Shown piece after piece: positions 35,369 through 44,600 of a DNA stretch of 64,000 bases. The position numbers were made by a program, and so were the translations under genes. Source of the DNA: Phycisphaerales bacterium (GTDB lineage Bacteria; Planctomycetota; Phycisphaerae; Phycisphaerales; SM1A02); the NCBI GenBank assembly GCA_965227335.1, contig CBDDFV010000001.1, positions 771,627 through 835,626 on the forward strand. The letters are read 5' to 3'. A model generated the notes under the pieces. It saw nothing but the letters and a program-made list of their open reading frames with translations. It had not been told where the DNA came from and did no database searches. Each line of letters begins with the position of its first letter. The stretch's first letter is position 1.

Positions 35369-36210
35369 GATTCAAGTGTAGCGTCGGACGTCGTCGACGC
35401 CTTTGTCCACCGCATCGCCTCGTCGATCTCGCGTCCGCACTCGGGGCACGCATCGCCTTCGAGTTTGTACACCGGATACCCGCACGGACAGCGGGGCTCC
35501 TCGATTTCGACGGCGATTCGGAGACGACACGATGAGCAGTGTCCGACGCCGGTCCTGACCGTCTGCGTCGCGCCGCAGCGGGGACACGTCAGTTCGACGC
35601 GGATCTTCCCGCCCAGCGCCACCCGTTCGTCCTTGTGCTTCAGCCACTCCACGAGGGCGAGCACGGGCGTCACCACCGTGCCGCACGCGCCGAGGATCGA
35701 GGCGACCGCGAGCGTGCGTTGGTAGAGTTCGTCCCAGTCGTCGACGAGGTCTTCGTCGATGATGAGCACCATGACGAGGGCCGCGACCAGCCCCGCGAAG
35801 CCCAGCGTCGCCACGCGGATCACGCGGGCGTAGTGCACCCGCAGGGGCGGCAGGATCATCAGGCCCCAGTGCGTCGCCCACAGGCTGATCACGGTGCCCG
35901 CCGCGGCGCATCGCACGACGGTCTCCTCGTGGCTCCATCCGAAGACCCGCCAGATCGCGAGGAGCCACACCGCCAGTGAGGCCAGCGACATCACGATCCC
36001 CAGCCACATCAGCGGGACCGCGCGTCGCCGCTCGAGCACGATCGCACACGCGAGGCACGGCAGGCTGAACAGGCCCACGTTCAGCGACGTCAGAATGAGA
36101 CGCTCGGTCTGCGATCCCAGCCCGCCGAAGATCACCGCCGCGACGCCCAGCAGGGCGGCGAGCGCCAGCGAGATCACCATCCCCCACAGGAAAGCCGTCT
36201 TGAGCGTCAT
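35365..36210 (-). CDS. polytopic membrane protein with C-terminal multi-CxxC zinc-ribbon
   Basis: 281 aa. About 6 hydrophobic helices, then CPRCG...CSSC...CPCGYPVYKLEGDACPECG. ATG 36210 lies 6 nt after a TAGAAT box. Confidence 0.65.
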   Translation of the reverse strand: MTLKTAFLWGMVISLALAALLGVAAVIFGGLGSQTERLILTSLNVGLFSLPCLACAIVLERRRAVPLMWLGIVMSLASLAVWLLAIWRVFGWSHEETVVRCAAAGTVISLWATHWGLMILPPLRVHYARVIRVATLGFAGLVAALVMVLIIDEDLVDDWDELYQRTLAVASILGACGTVVTPVLALVEWLKHKDERVALGGKIRVELTCPRCGATQTVRTGVGHCSSCRLRIAVEIEEPRCPCGYPVYKLEGDACPECGREIDEAMRWTKASTTSDATLES

Positions 36211-36216
36211 GACCTG

Positions 36217-36222
36217 ATTCTA
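36217..36222 (-). promoter_or_regulatory. -10-like box TAGAAT, 6 nt upstream of the Zn-ribbon membrane gene ATG
   Basis: Minus strand reads TAGAAT-caggtc-ATG. Confidence 0.45.
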
Positions 36223-36248
36223 CCGCCCGCCGCGGAAGCCGACCCGAC

Positions 36249-36254
36249 TACAAT
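36249..36254 (+). promoter_or_regulatory. -10-like box TACAAT, 8 nt upstream of moaA ATG
   Basis: TACAAT-gcggcgac-ATG. No SD. Confidence 0.45.
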
Positions 36255-36262
36255 GCGGCGAC

Positions 36263-37318
36263 ATGACCGTGATCGCACGCCCTTCCATCCCGCTGCCGCT
36301 GCTCGACGACGGACCGCAGCGTCCGTCCTTCGCGCAGGGACCGCGTGCGCTCAGCAGCGTGAAGCTCCTTCGCATCAGCGTGACTGATCGCTGCAATCTC
36401 CGCTGCATCTACTGCATGCCGGAGGGCGGCGTCGAGTTCTCCGACAAGGATGAACTTCTCCAGCCCGGCGACTTCGAGGCGATCGCCCGCGCCGCGGTGC
36501 GGATCGGCGTCACCCACCTCAAGCTGACCGGCGGCGAACCGACCATCCGACGCGACATCGTCGATATCGCGGCGCGTCTCAAGGCGGCCGGGGCGGAGGA
36601 TCTGTCGCTGACGACCAACGCGCTGCAGTTGCCGCGCCTCGCGGCGGATCTGCGGGCGGCGGGCGTCGACCGGCTCACGCTCTCGATCGACTCCCTGCGT
36701 CCTGATCGCTACACCGCCATCACGCAGGGCGGCCGGATCGAACGGTTCTGGGCCGGCGTCGAGGCGGCGGAAGCAGCCGGGTACGAACGGTTGAAGCTCA
36801 ATGTGGTCGTCATCAAGGGCATGAACGATGACGAAGCGGCGGACTTCGCGGCGTTGACGCTCGACCGTCCGTGGACGGTGCGGTTCATCGAGTACATGCC
36901 GCTCGGCGTGAGTCAGCTGGTCGGGGACGGGATCGATCCGACCGACGTGATGATCGACAACGCGGACGTGATGCGGTCGATCGCGGCGGCGCACGGCCCG
37001 CTGGCTCCGGCCGACCGCCGCGCGGAAGCGGGCGTGGGTCCGGCGGAGGTGTACCGTCTGCCCGGCGCATCGGGGAAGGTCGGTTTCATCAGCGCGATGA
37101 GCCAGCCGTTCTGCGAGACGTGCAACCGCCTGCGTCTGACCGCGACGGGGGAGCTGCGGAGTTGTCTGTTCGACGGCGGCGAGGTGAGCGTGGTTCCGGC
37201 CCTGCGGCCGCATGCCGACGTCGATGCGATTGTGCGGGCGTTCGGCGAATGCGTCGTGCTGAAGCCGGAGACGCACAGTTCCCGGGGAAATCGTGCGATG
37301 AGTCAGCTTGGCGGCTGA
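36263..37318 (+). CDS. moaA: GTP 3',8-cyclase (radical SAM)
   Basis: CNLRCIYC radical-SAM cluster motif, GGEPT, and C-terminal CETCNRLRLTATGELRSC second cluster. Confidence 0.9.
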   Translation: MTVIARPSIPLPLLDDGPQRPSFAQGPRALSSVKLLRISVTDRCNLRCIYCMPEGGVEFSDKDELLQPGDFEAIARAAVRIGVTHLKLTGGEPTIRRDIVDIAARLKAAGAEDLSLTTNALQLPRLAADLRAAGVDRLTLSIDSLRPDRYTAITQGGRIERFWAGVEAAEAAGYERLKLNVVVIKGMNDDEAADFAALTLDRPWTVRFIEYMPLGVSQLVGDGIDPTDVMIDNADVMRSIAAAHGPLAPADRRAEAGVGPAEVYRLPGASGKVGFISAMSQPFCETCNRLRLTATGELRSCLFDGGEVSVVPALRPHADVDAIVRAFGECVVLKPETHSSRGNRAMSQLGG

Positions 37319-37428
37319 GCAGGCAGGTGACGACTCGTTGATCGAGGTTTGTCTTGTGATGCGGCGCATCGCGCGTGATACTGCCGGCGTAATGTGATTG
37401 TTTTCCGGGAGATGCAGGGAGGGACGAC

Positions 37429-38343
37429 ATGCGGTGTCACATGGTGATGAGACGTGCATTCATCAGCCTGGGGTTGATGATCGTCGTTGACGCAGGAGCG
37501 GATCCTTCAGTGCTGTACGGGATCGGCAACGCGACCGGCGACGGGTCGAGCAACCTGTACCGGATCGACAACTACGCGGTCGCGCCGACTGCGGTCAATC
37601 TCGGTGAGACCGGCCTGATCTTCCTCGACATCGCGATCGATCCGTCGGACCCCACCGGGTACGGCGTCGCATCGGACGGCGGTTTCTACCGCATCGACCT
37701 GACGAACGGCGTCCCGACTCTTGTGAGCAGCTCGCCGGGCGGCAACCTCAACGCCATGGAGTGGCTGGCCTCCGGGGTCATTCTGTCCTGGGGATCGGTC
37801 AACACGAATCTCTACGAAGTGGATCCCGCGACCGGCGTGTTCACCCTGCTCTTTGACGTGGGCTTCGCGTCCGGCGGCGATCTGGCGGAAGATGTGAACG
37901 GCGACCTCTACGGCGCCACGAGCACGCAGCTCATTCGCATTGATATCGGCGCCCAATCGGCGGAGGTCATCGGCGACTTCGGTTTCGAAGACGCCTTCGG
38001 ACTCGAAGTTGATGTGGACGGGGTCATGTACGTCATGCGGGGCTCGAATGGCTCGTCGGGAACGGCTGATCTCTACACGGTGAACAAGAGCAGCGGTTCG
38101 ACGACCCTCATCGGCGCCGTCGCCAATGCATCCTCGTACGGTTGCTACGGCATTGGTCTCGTCCCCGGCGTCGCGGCGTGTCCGGCTGATCTGACGAACG
38201 ACGGGATCGTCAACCCCGCCGACCTCGCCGCCCTGCTCGCCGCCTGGGGACCGTGCCAGGGCTGTCCAGAAGACCTCGACGACGACCGCATGGTCGGCGC
38301 CTCCGATCTCGCGGCGCTGCTCGCCGCGTGGGGCGAGTGCTGA
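37429..38343 (+). CDS. secreted repeat protein with C-terminal twin dockerin-like module
   Basis: GGGAGGGA SD. Signal-like MRRAFISLGLMIVVDAGA. Repeats of the type LYxvDxxtGxxTLig. Ends in CPADLTNDGIVNPADLAALLAAWGPCQGCPEDLDDDRMVGASDLAALLAAWGEC. Confidence 0.65.
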   Translation: MRCHMVMRRAFISLGLMIVVDAGADPSVLYGIGNATGDGSSNLYRIDNYAVAPTAVNLGETGLIFLDIAIDPSDPTGYGVASDGGFYRIDLTNGVPTLVSSSPGGNLNAMEWLASGVILSWGSVNTNLYEVDPATGVFTLLFDVGFASGGDLAEDVNGDLYGATSTQLIRIDIGAQSAEVIGDFGFEDAFGLEVDVDGVMYVMRGSNGSSGTADLYTVNKSSGSTTLIGAVANASSYGCYGIGLVPGVAACPADLTNDGIVNPADLAALLAAWGPCQGCPEDLDDDRMVGASDLAALLAAWGEC

Positions 38344-38486
38344 GCGCCCCGACTTCGCCGACATCATCATCTGGCGGCTTCAGTTCGCCCCGCGCTTCCT
38401 CCGCCCAAAAACAAACCGACCCGGTGCACGACTTCCGGGTCGATTCGCCACGCGCGGAGACGCGCTCACGGAGTATCTTCTGCGAT

Positions 38487-39773
38487 TCAGGCCATGCGGT
38501 TCAGGCCGAGACCCTGCGGATACGAATCGCCGAGGTGACGCAGCACATACTGCTGCTGCTCGCTGTTCAGGTTGAGGTTGTTCAGGATCTGGTGCAGATT
38601 CGTCGGCGGCTGACTGCTGAAACCGGCCCGCTCCAGACGACGCTCAATCGCGCCGACCAGACGGTCCAGCTTCGTGGTGTCCATGCCGCCGTCGGTCACC
38701 TTCGGCAGCGGACGCGCCATGTCCTCCGGACCGCTCGGGCCCGCCATCCGATCGTTCACGCCGAACGCGTCCAGCCACCGCTGACTGAACGCCGAGGCGT
38801 CGACGTCGGCGCCCTGCATCATCACGCTCTTCAGACTGTGCGTGATCGCGCCCTGCAGATCCTGACCGCTGATCACGCCGTCCTGATCCTGGTCGACGAT
38901 CTTGAAGATCGACGGGTTGCCCGCGAACTCCTTCGCGTTGATCAGGCCGTCCGTGCCGCCCGACGCCGCGATGATCTGCTTGGCCAGACCATCGACGAGA
39001 TCGGACACGGCGTCAGCGCCCGCCGGGGGCGCGGCGCCGTCCGACGGGGCCGTCGACGGGGTCTCGCCCGGGGCGCCGCCGCCCGCGAGCAGCGTCGCGA
39101 GATCCGCCGCGTCCACCGTGCCGTCGCCGTTCAGATCGAACTGGGCGTCATCGCTGCCCCACGCCGCCATCAACTGGGCGACGCGATCGCCGTCACCGGC
39201 GGGGGGAGCGAACGAGGGCGGTCCGGTCGGTCCGTCCACGCCGCCGGACAGGAACTGCGCCAGGTCGCCCGAGCCGACCGTGCCGTCGCCGTCGAAGTCA
39301 TACATCGACTCCGACTGGCCCCAGTCGCTGAGAAGGCCTTCGAGCGTGAACTGCGGCCCGCCGGTCGAGGGGGCGCCGGTGGAGAGGTCGGGGGCGACCT
39401 CGCCGGTCTCGCCGCCCTGCCAGCTCAGCAGCAGGGCCAGATCCTGAGCGTCGACGCCGCCGTCGCCGTTCAGGTCCGCGTTCGCGTTGTTCGTGCCCCA
39501 GTTCTTGAGGATGTCGTCGACCGTGATCTCCTGGCTGAATGACGGCGGAGCGGTCGGCGCGGCTTCGGCCGGAGCGGTCGAGGGCGCGACGGCCGCGGCC
39601 CGACGTGCGGCCCGGGCCGCCTCCATCGGATCGGTCGTCCCGGTGCGGGAAACAGAGGTGGGGTTGCCGGAGACCTCAGCCGCTCCGGCGGCGTTGGCGT
39701 CCGTACGAGCCGCCGCGATCCGGGCGCGTTGCGCTTCCAGAGATGTCGCGGCGAGTTGCGGATCGATGCGCAT
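38487..39773 (-). CDS. EF-hand/dockerin-loop repeat protein, no obvious signal peptide
   Basis: Start MRIDPQL (ATG 39773, GGAG 7 nt upstream). Four Ca-loop-like motifs: DLNGDGGVDAQDL, DFDGDGTVGSGDL, DLNGDGTVDAADL, DQDQDGVISGQDL. The upstream 88 aa of the track ORF are Arg/Gly-rich and were rejected. Confidence 0.6.
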   Translation of the reverse strand: MRIDPQLAATSLEAQRARIAAARTDANAAGAAEVSGNPTSVSRTGTTDPMEAARAARRAAAVAPSTAPAEAAPTAPPSFSQEITVDDILKNWGTNNANADLNGDGGVDAQDLALLLSWQGGETGEVAPDLSTGAPSTGGPQFTLEGLLSDWGQSESMYDFDGDGTVGSGDLAQFLSGGVDGPTGPPSFAPPAGDGDRVAQLMAAWGSDDAQFDLNGDGTVDAADLATLLAGGGAPGETPSTAPSDGAAPPAGADAVSDLVDGLAKQIIAASGGTDGLINAKEFAGNPSIFKIVDQDQDGVISGQDLQGAITHSLKSVMMQGADVDASAFSQRWLDAFGVNDRMAGPSGPEDMARPLPKVTDGGMDTTKLDRLVGAIERRLERAGFSSQPPTNLHQILNNLNLNSEQQQYVLRHLGDSYPQGLGLNRMA

Positions 39774-40035
39774 AGTGGTGCTCCTTCCAGAACAGGACCG
39801 GTTCAGAGGGTGCAAAGCGGGCGCCCGCCCGGTCGACCCCCGAAGACCGCGATTTGCCCCGTCAGCCGGCGAAAAACGCGCGTCAGAAGGACGCAATGCG
39901 CAGAATCCGCCGCGCGTTGTTCCTGCCGGCGGCCCCGTTGCGCTACCATCAGGGAGCCGTCCGGCCGGATCGGAGCGATTCCGGCCGGGGGGCCCCTCGT
40001 CCCGCCTCTGACGACCCGTTTCGAAGGATTTCCCC

Positions 40036-41343
40036 ATGACGTTCCGTCCCGCCGCCGGCCTGCTCGCGTTTCTCGTGATGACCGTGGCCCTCGTGTCCGC
40101 CGCCGCCGCCGCCCCGATCGAGGTGAAGCCCGACGCCCGTCCCGTGTTCGATCGTCTCGCCCGGCATTACCAGTCGGTTCCCGGCGTCGCGACGACGATC
40201 GAGATGCGGGTGAAGATGACGGGTCAGATGGCGCAGGACACGACGTCGACCTTCGAGCTCCGGGCCGCGCCCCCGAACCATCTCCTGCTCACGCACACGT
40301 CGGGCGAACTGGGCATCGACATCTCGTCGACCGGCTCCGAGTACCTCGTGCACCTGCCGATGATGCACCGTTACACGGTGGAGCCGGCGCCGTCGACGAT
40401 GACGGAGCTGGTCAAGAAGATCACGATGACCGAGGGCAGCGCGGGCGGGGCGGAGATGACGCTGCCGCTCATGTTCATGGCGGAGGACCCCGCCGCGGCG
40501 CTGGGGCTGCACTTCCGCACGTTCGAACTGCTCGGCCAGGAGCGGCTGGGCAATGAACTGATGGACCGCGTGCGTCTCGGCGGGGTGGACCTGCCGATTG
40601 ATGTCTGGGTGCAGGCGGACGGCGCCCCGTGGGTCCGCCAGATCACGCCCGACTATTCGAACTTCGTCGCCCAGATGAAGGCGCAGGGCATGGGCGACAT
40701 GTCGATCGAACTGGTCGTGAAGTACAAGAACGCCGAGGCGAAGCAGATGCCGGTCGAGTCGTTCGTGTTCACGCCGCCGAAGACGTCGAAGAAGTCGGAG
40801 CGTCTGGTGGATGCGCCCGCGGCCGCCCAGGCGAACGATCCCCGCGCCCTCATCGGACACCACGCCCCCGCGATCGAACTCGCCCGACTCAACGGGGAGT
40901 CGGTGAGCCTCGCCCAGCACCGCGGGACGGATGTCGTCGTCCTCGACTTCTGGGCGACGTGGTGCGGCCCGTGCAAGCGCGGACTGCCCGTGGTCGACCG
41001 CGTCACCCGCCAGTTCAAGGATCAGAACGTCGTCTTCTACGCGGTCAACCTCGCGGAGCCGAAGCCGCTGGTCGAGACGTTCATGAAGCAGGCGAAATGG
41101 GACTTCCCCGTCCTGCTCGACGAGAAGGGCCTCGTCGGACGCGCGTACCGCGCGGCGTCAATCCCGATGACCGTCATCATCGGCAAGGACGGCGTCGTCG
41201 AACAGATCCACGTCGGCTACAACCGCGAGATGGAGGCGGAGCTGACCGGGGAACTGACCAAGCTGCTGTCGGGCCAGTGCCTCCACGAGGGCCATCATCA
41301 TCACGGGCATGACCATTCGCATGACCATGATCATGACCACTGA
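40036..41343 (+). CDS. periplasmic LolA-like (DUF2092-type) domain fused to a TlpA/ResA-like thioredoxin domain with a His-rich tail
   Basis: Signal peptide MTFRPAAGLLAFLVMTVALVSAAAAAP. Thioredoxin motif LDFWATWCGPCK. C-terminal HEGHHHHGHDHSHDHDHDH. Confidence 0.8.
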   Translation: MTFRPAAGLLAFLVMTVALVSAAAAAPIEVKPDARPVFDRLARHYQSVPGVATTIEMRVKMTGQMAQDTTSTFELRAAPPNHLLLTHTSGELGIDISSTGSEYLVHLPMMHRYTVEPAPSTMTELVKKITMTEGSAGGAEMTLPLMFMAEDPAAALGLHFRTFELLGQERLGNELMDRVRLGGVDLPIDVWVQADGAPWVRQITPDYSNFVAQMKAQGMGDMSIELVVKYKNAEAKQMPVESFVFTPPKTSKKSERLVDAPAAAQANDPRALIGHHAPAIELARLNGESVSLAQHRGTDVVVLDFWATWCGPCKRGLPVVDRVTRQFKDQNVVFYAVNLAEPKPLVETFMKQAKWDFPVLLDEKGLVGRAYRAASIPMTVIIGKDGVVEQIHVGYNREMEAELTGELTKLLSGQCLHEGHHHHGHDHSHDHDHDH

Positions 41344-41650
41344 TTGCTGATCAGCCGCGCGCCATGCGGCGGCGCACCGCGCGACCGTGCTGCATCCGCG
41401 CCCAGCCGCCAGCGCTCGCGCCGCGTGAGGTCAAGTTCGACCGCTGGCGAGTCGGTGGACGCGGGGGTCGGGTCGGGGTGCGGCATTCCGCTCAGATCGT
41501 AGTGCTCCGGCGGGGCTCCACTCGCCGGAAGCATGGCCGATCCGGGCCGATCGCCGGGGAATATCCTGTCAACTGCGCCACCCGACCAGAACCCCACCCT
41601 ATCATGGCGATCCGTCAATGGAATGACCCTCCAGCCACGAGATCTCGCCC

Positions 41651-44600
41651 ATGATCGCATCTTCATCCCAAGATGGCGCCGTTTCGTCCGTGGGCGGCGG
41701 CTTCGCCCACCTGCACCTGCACACCGAGTACTCGCTCCTCGACGGCGGCAACCGCATCGGGAAGCTGATGAAGCAGGTGAAGAAGCTCGGCATGGACGCG
41801 GTCGCGATGACCGACCACGGCGTCATGTTCGGGGCGGTCGAGTTCTACACGAAGGCGAAGGCCGAAGGGCTCAAGCCGATCCTCGGGATCGAGGCGTACG
41901 TCGCTCCCGGTGACCGCACGGAGAAGAAGCCGACGGGCGTGGCGGACGGCGGCTTCCACCTCGTGCTGCTCGCCGAGAACCAGACGGGGTGGTCGAACCT
42001 GCTCAAGCTCTCGTCCGACGCGTTCATCAACGGCTTCTACTACAAGCCCCGCATGGACAAGTCGACGCTGGCGCAGTGGTCGGAGGGGATCATCGCGATC
42101 AACGGCCACCTCGGCAGCTCCATCGCCTATCACCTGCTGCAGTACGCGCAGACGGGGCAGCAGACGCATTACGACGCGGCCCGCGAGGAAGCGATCTGGC
42201 ATCGCGACTGTTTCGGCGTGAACGAGAACGGGGAGCCGCGCTTCTACGTCGAGGTGCAGCGTCACTCCGTGGTCGAGCAGGAGCGGATCAACCCGTACCT
42301 CTACCAGCTCGCGGACGAACTCGAACTGCCGGTCGTCGCCGACAACGACGCCCACTTCCTGCGGGAGGAGGACTGGGATCACCACGACACCCTCTGCTGC
42401 ATCTCGATGGGCAAGCTCAAGGAGGACGTCAATCGGCTGCACTACTCACGCGATCTGTACGTGAAATCGCCGGAACAGATGGCCGCGATCTTCGACGAGC
42501 GTCCCGAGGTCATCGAGAACGCGGCGAAGATCGCCGCCCGCTGCGAGGTCGATCTCGACTTCACCGCCAATCACGCCCCGGTGGTGAAGATCGTCTCGAA
42601 CTTTCCCGACCTGCCGACCGATTCCGACCTCGCCCTGGCGATCATCGACGCCTGGGAATGCGAGCACGACGTCGGTTCGACCGAGTGGTTCAAGGCGTTC
42701 TGCTCAGAGTTCACGCTCGAACCGTTCGACCAGGACCGCGACACCGAGTCCGCCGAGGAACTCAAGGAACGGTGCGACGGCGCCCTGCGTCTGCTCACCG
42801 AAGCGGGCGCCATCTGGCGGTACGGACGCGACGGCGTCGACGAGGAAAAACGCGCCCGCATGGACCGGGAGCTGCAGATCCTCTTCGACAAGCTCATTTC
42901 GGCGTACTTCCTCATCGTGTGGGACTTCGTCAACTGGGGCCGCCAGCGCGGCATTCCGGCCAACGCCCGCGGCTCCGGCGTCGGCACCATGGTCGGCTTC
43001 GCCCTCGGCCTCTCCAACGCCTGCCCGGTCGAGTACGGCCTGCTCTTCGAACGCTTCACCGATCCCGACCGCACCGAATACCCCGATATCGATATCGACC
43101 TCTGCCAGAACGGGCGGGCCGACGTCATCAACTACGTCCGCGAGAAGTACGGCCACGTCGCGCAGATCATCACCTTCGGTCGACTCAAGGCGAAGGCCGC
43201 GATCAAGGACGTCGCCCGCGTCATGGGCCTCTCCCCCGGCGAAGGACAGCGTCTGTCCAACCTCGTCCCCGCCGAACTCAACATCACCGTCGACGACGCC
43301 CTCGAGAAGGCGCCCGACTTCCGCGAAGCGTACGACACCGATCCCGCCGTGAAGAAGGTCGTCGACAGCGCCCGCGCGCTCGAGGACCACGCCCGGCACA
43401 CCGGCGTCCACGCGGCGGGCGTCGTCGTCGCCACCCAGCCCCTCGACAACATCGTCCCGCTCTGCAAGGCCTCCGGCTCCGACGACATCGTCACCCAGTG
43501 GGACGGCCCGACCTGCGAACGGGTCGGCCTGCTCAAGATGGACTTCCTCGGGCTCCGCACCCTGTCGACCATCGAACTCGCGAAGAACATCATCACCCAG
43601 ACGCTCCCCGCCGACCAGGTCTGGCGGGCGGTCGGACGGGAGCCGAACGACGGCGGCCCCCATCCCCTCGACCTCGAACGGCTGCACTACGACGATCAGA
43701 CCGTCCTCGAACTCTTTCGGCGCGGCGACACGGCCGGCGTCTTCCAGTTCGAATCGGGCGGCATGCGCAAACTCCTCGTCGAAATGAAGCCCGACCGCCT
43801 CGAAGACCTCATCGCCGCCAACGCGCTCTACCGCCCCGGGCCCATGGACCTCATCCCGTCGTATTGCGCGCGGAAGCACGGCCAGGAAGACGTCCCCCGC
43901 GTCCACCCCATCGTCGATTCGTTCACCGCCGAGACCTACGGCATCATGGTCTACCAGGAACAGGTCATGCAGATCGTGCACGGCCTGGGCGGCGTTCCGC
44001 TTCGCGCGGCGTACTCGCTGATCAAGGCCATCTCGAAGAAGAAACACGATGTCATCAACGCCGAACGACCCAAGTTCATCGAAGGGGCCGGCGCGAAGGG
44101 GCTGCCGAAGAAGGAAGCCGAAGCCCTCTTCGAACTGATCCTGAAGTTCGCCGGCTACGGCTTCAACAAGTCGCACTCCACCGGCTACGCGATCATCGCG
44201 TACCAGACCGCCTACCTGAAGACGTACTTCCCCAACCAGTACATGGCCGCGGTGCTCACCTACGAAAGTCAGGCCCGCAAGGTCGAGGACTGGGCGCCCT
44301 ATCTCGACGACTGCCGCAAGACCGTCTACCCCGACTCACGCCCCGATCGATCCCACGTCGGCATCGAAGTGAAGCCGCCCGATCTCAACCTCTCCGCCGC
44401 GGAGTTCACCGTCGTGTTCGAGGAGGACGAACCGCAGGACGAGAACCACGGCCACATCCGCTTTGGTCTCGCCGCGGTGAAGAACGTCGGAAACGCCGCG
44501 ATCCGCGCGATCATGCGGGAGCGCGACGAACGCGGACCGTTTGAGTCCATCTTCGAATTCTGCGAACGCGTTGATCTCAAGACCGTCAACAAGGCGACCA

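Noticed and set aside
41331-41666. 111-aa minus-strand ORF filling the 307-nt gap between the TlpA-like gene and dnaE.
   Set aside because: It overlaps both flanking genes, is Arg/Pro/Gly-rich, and has no SD or motif. The gap is more likely the dnaE promoter and leader region. I found no convincing RNA structure in it either.
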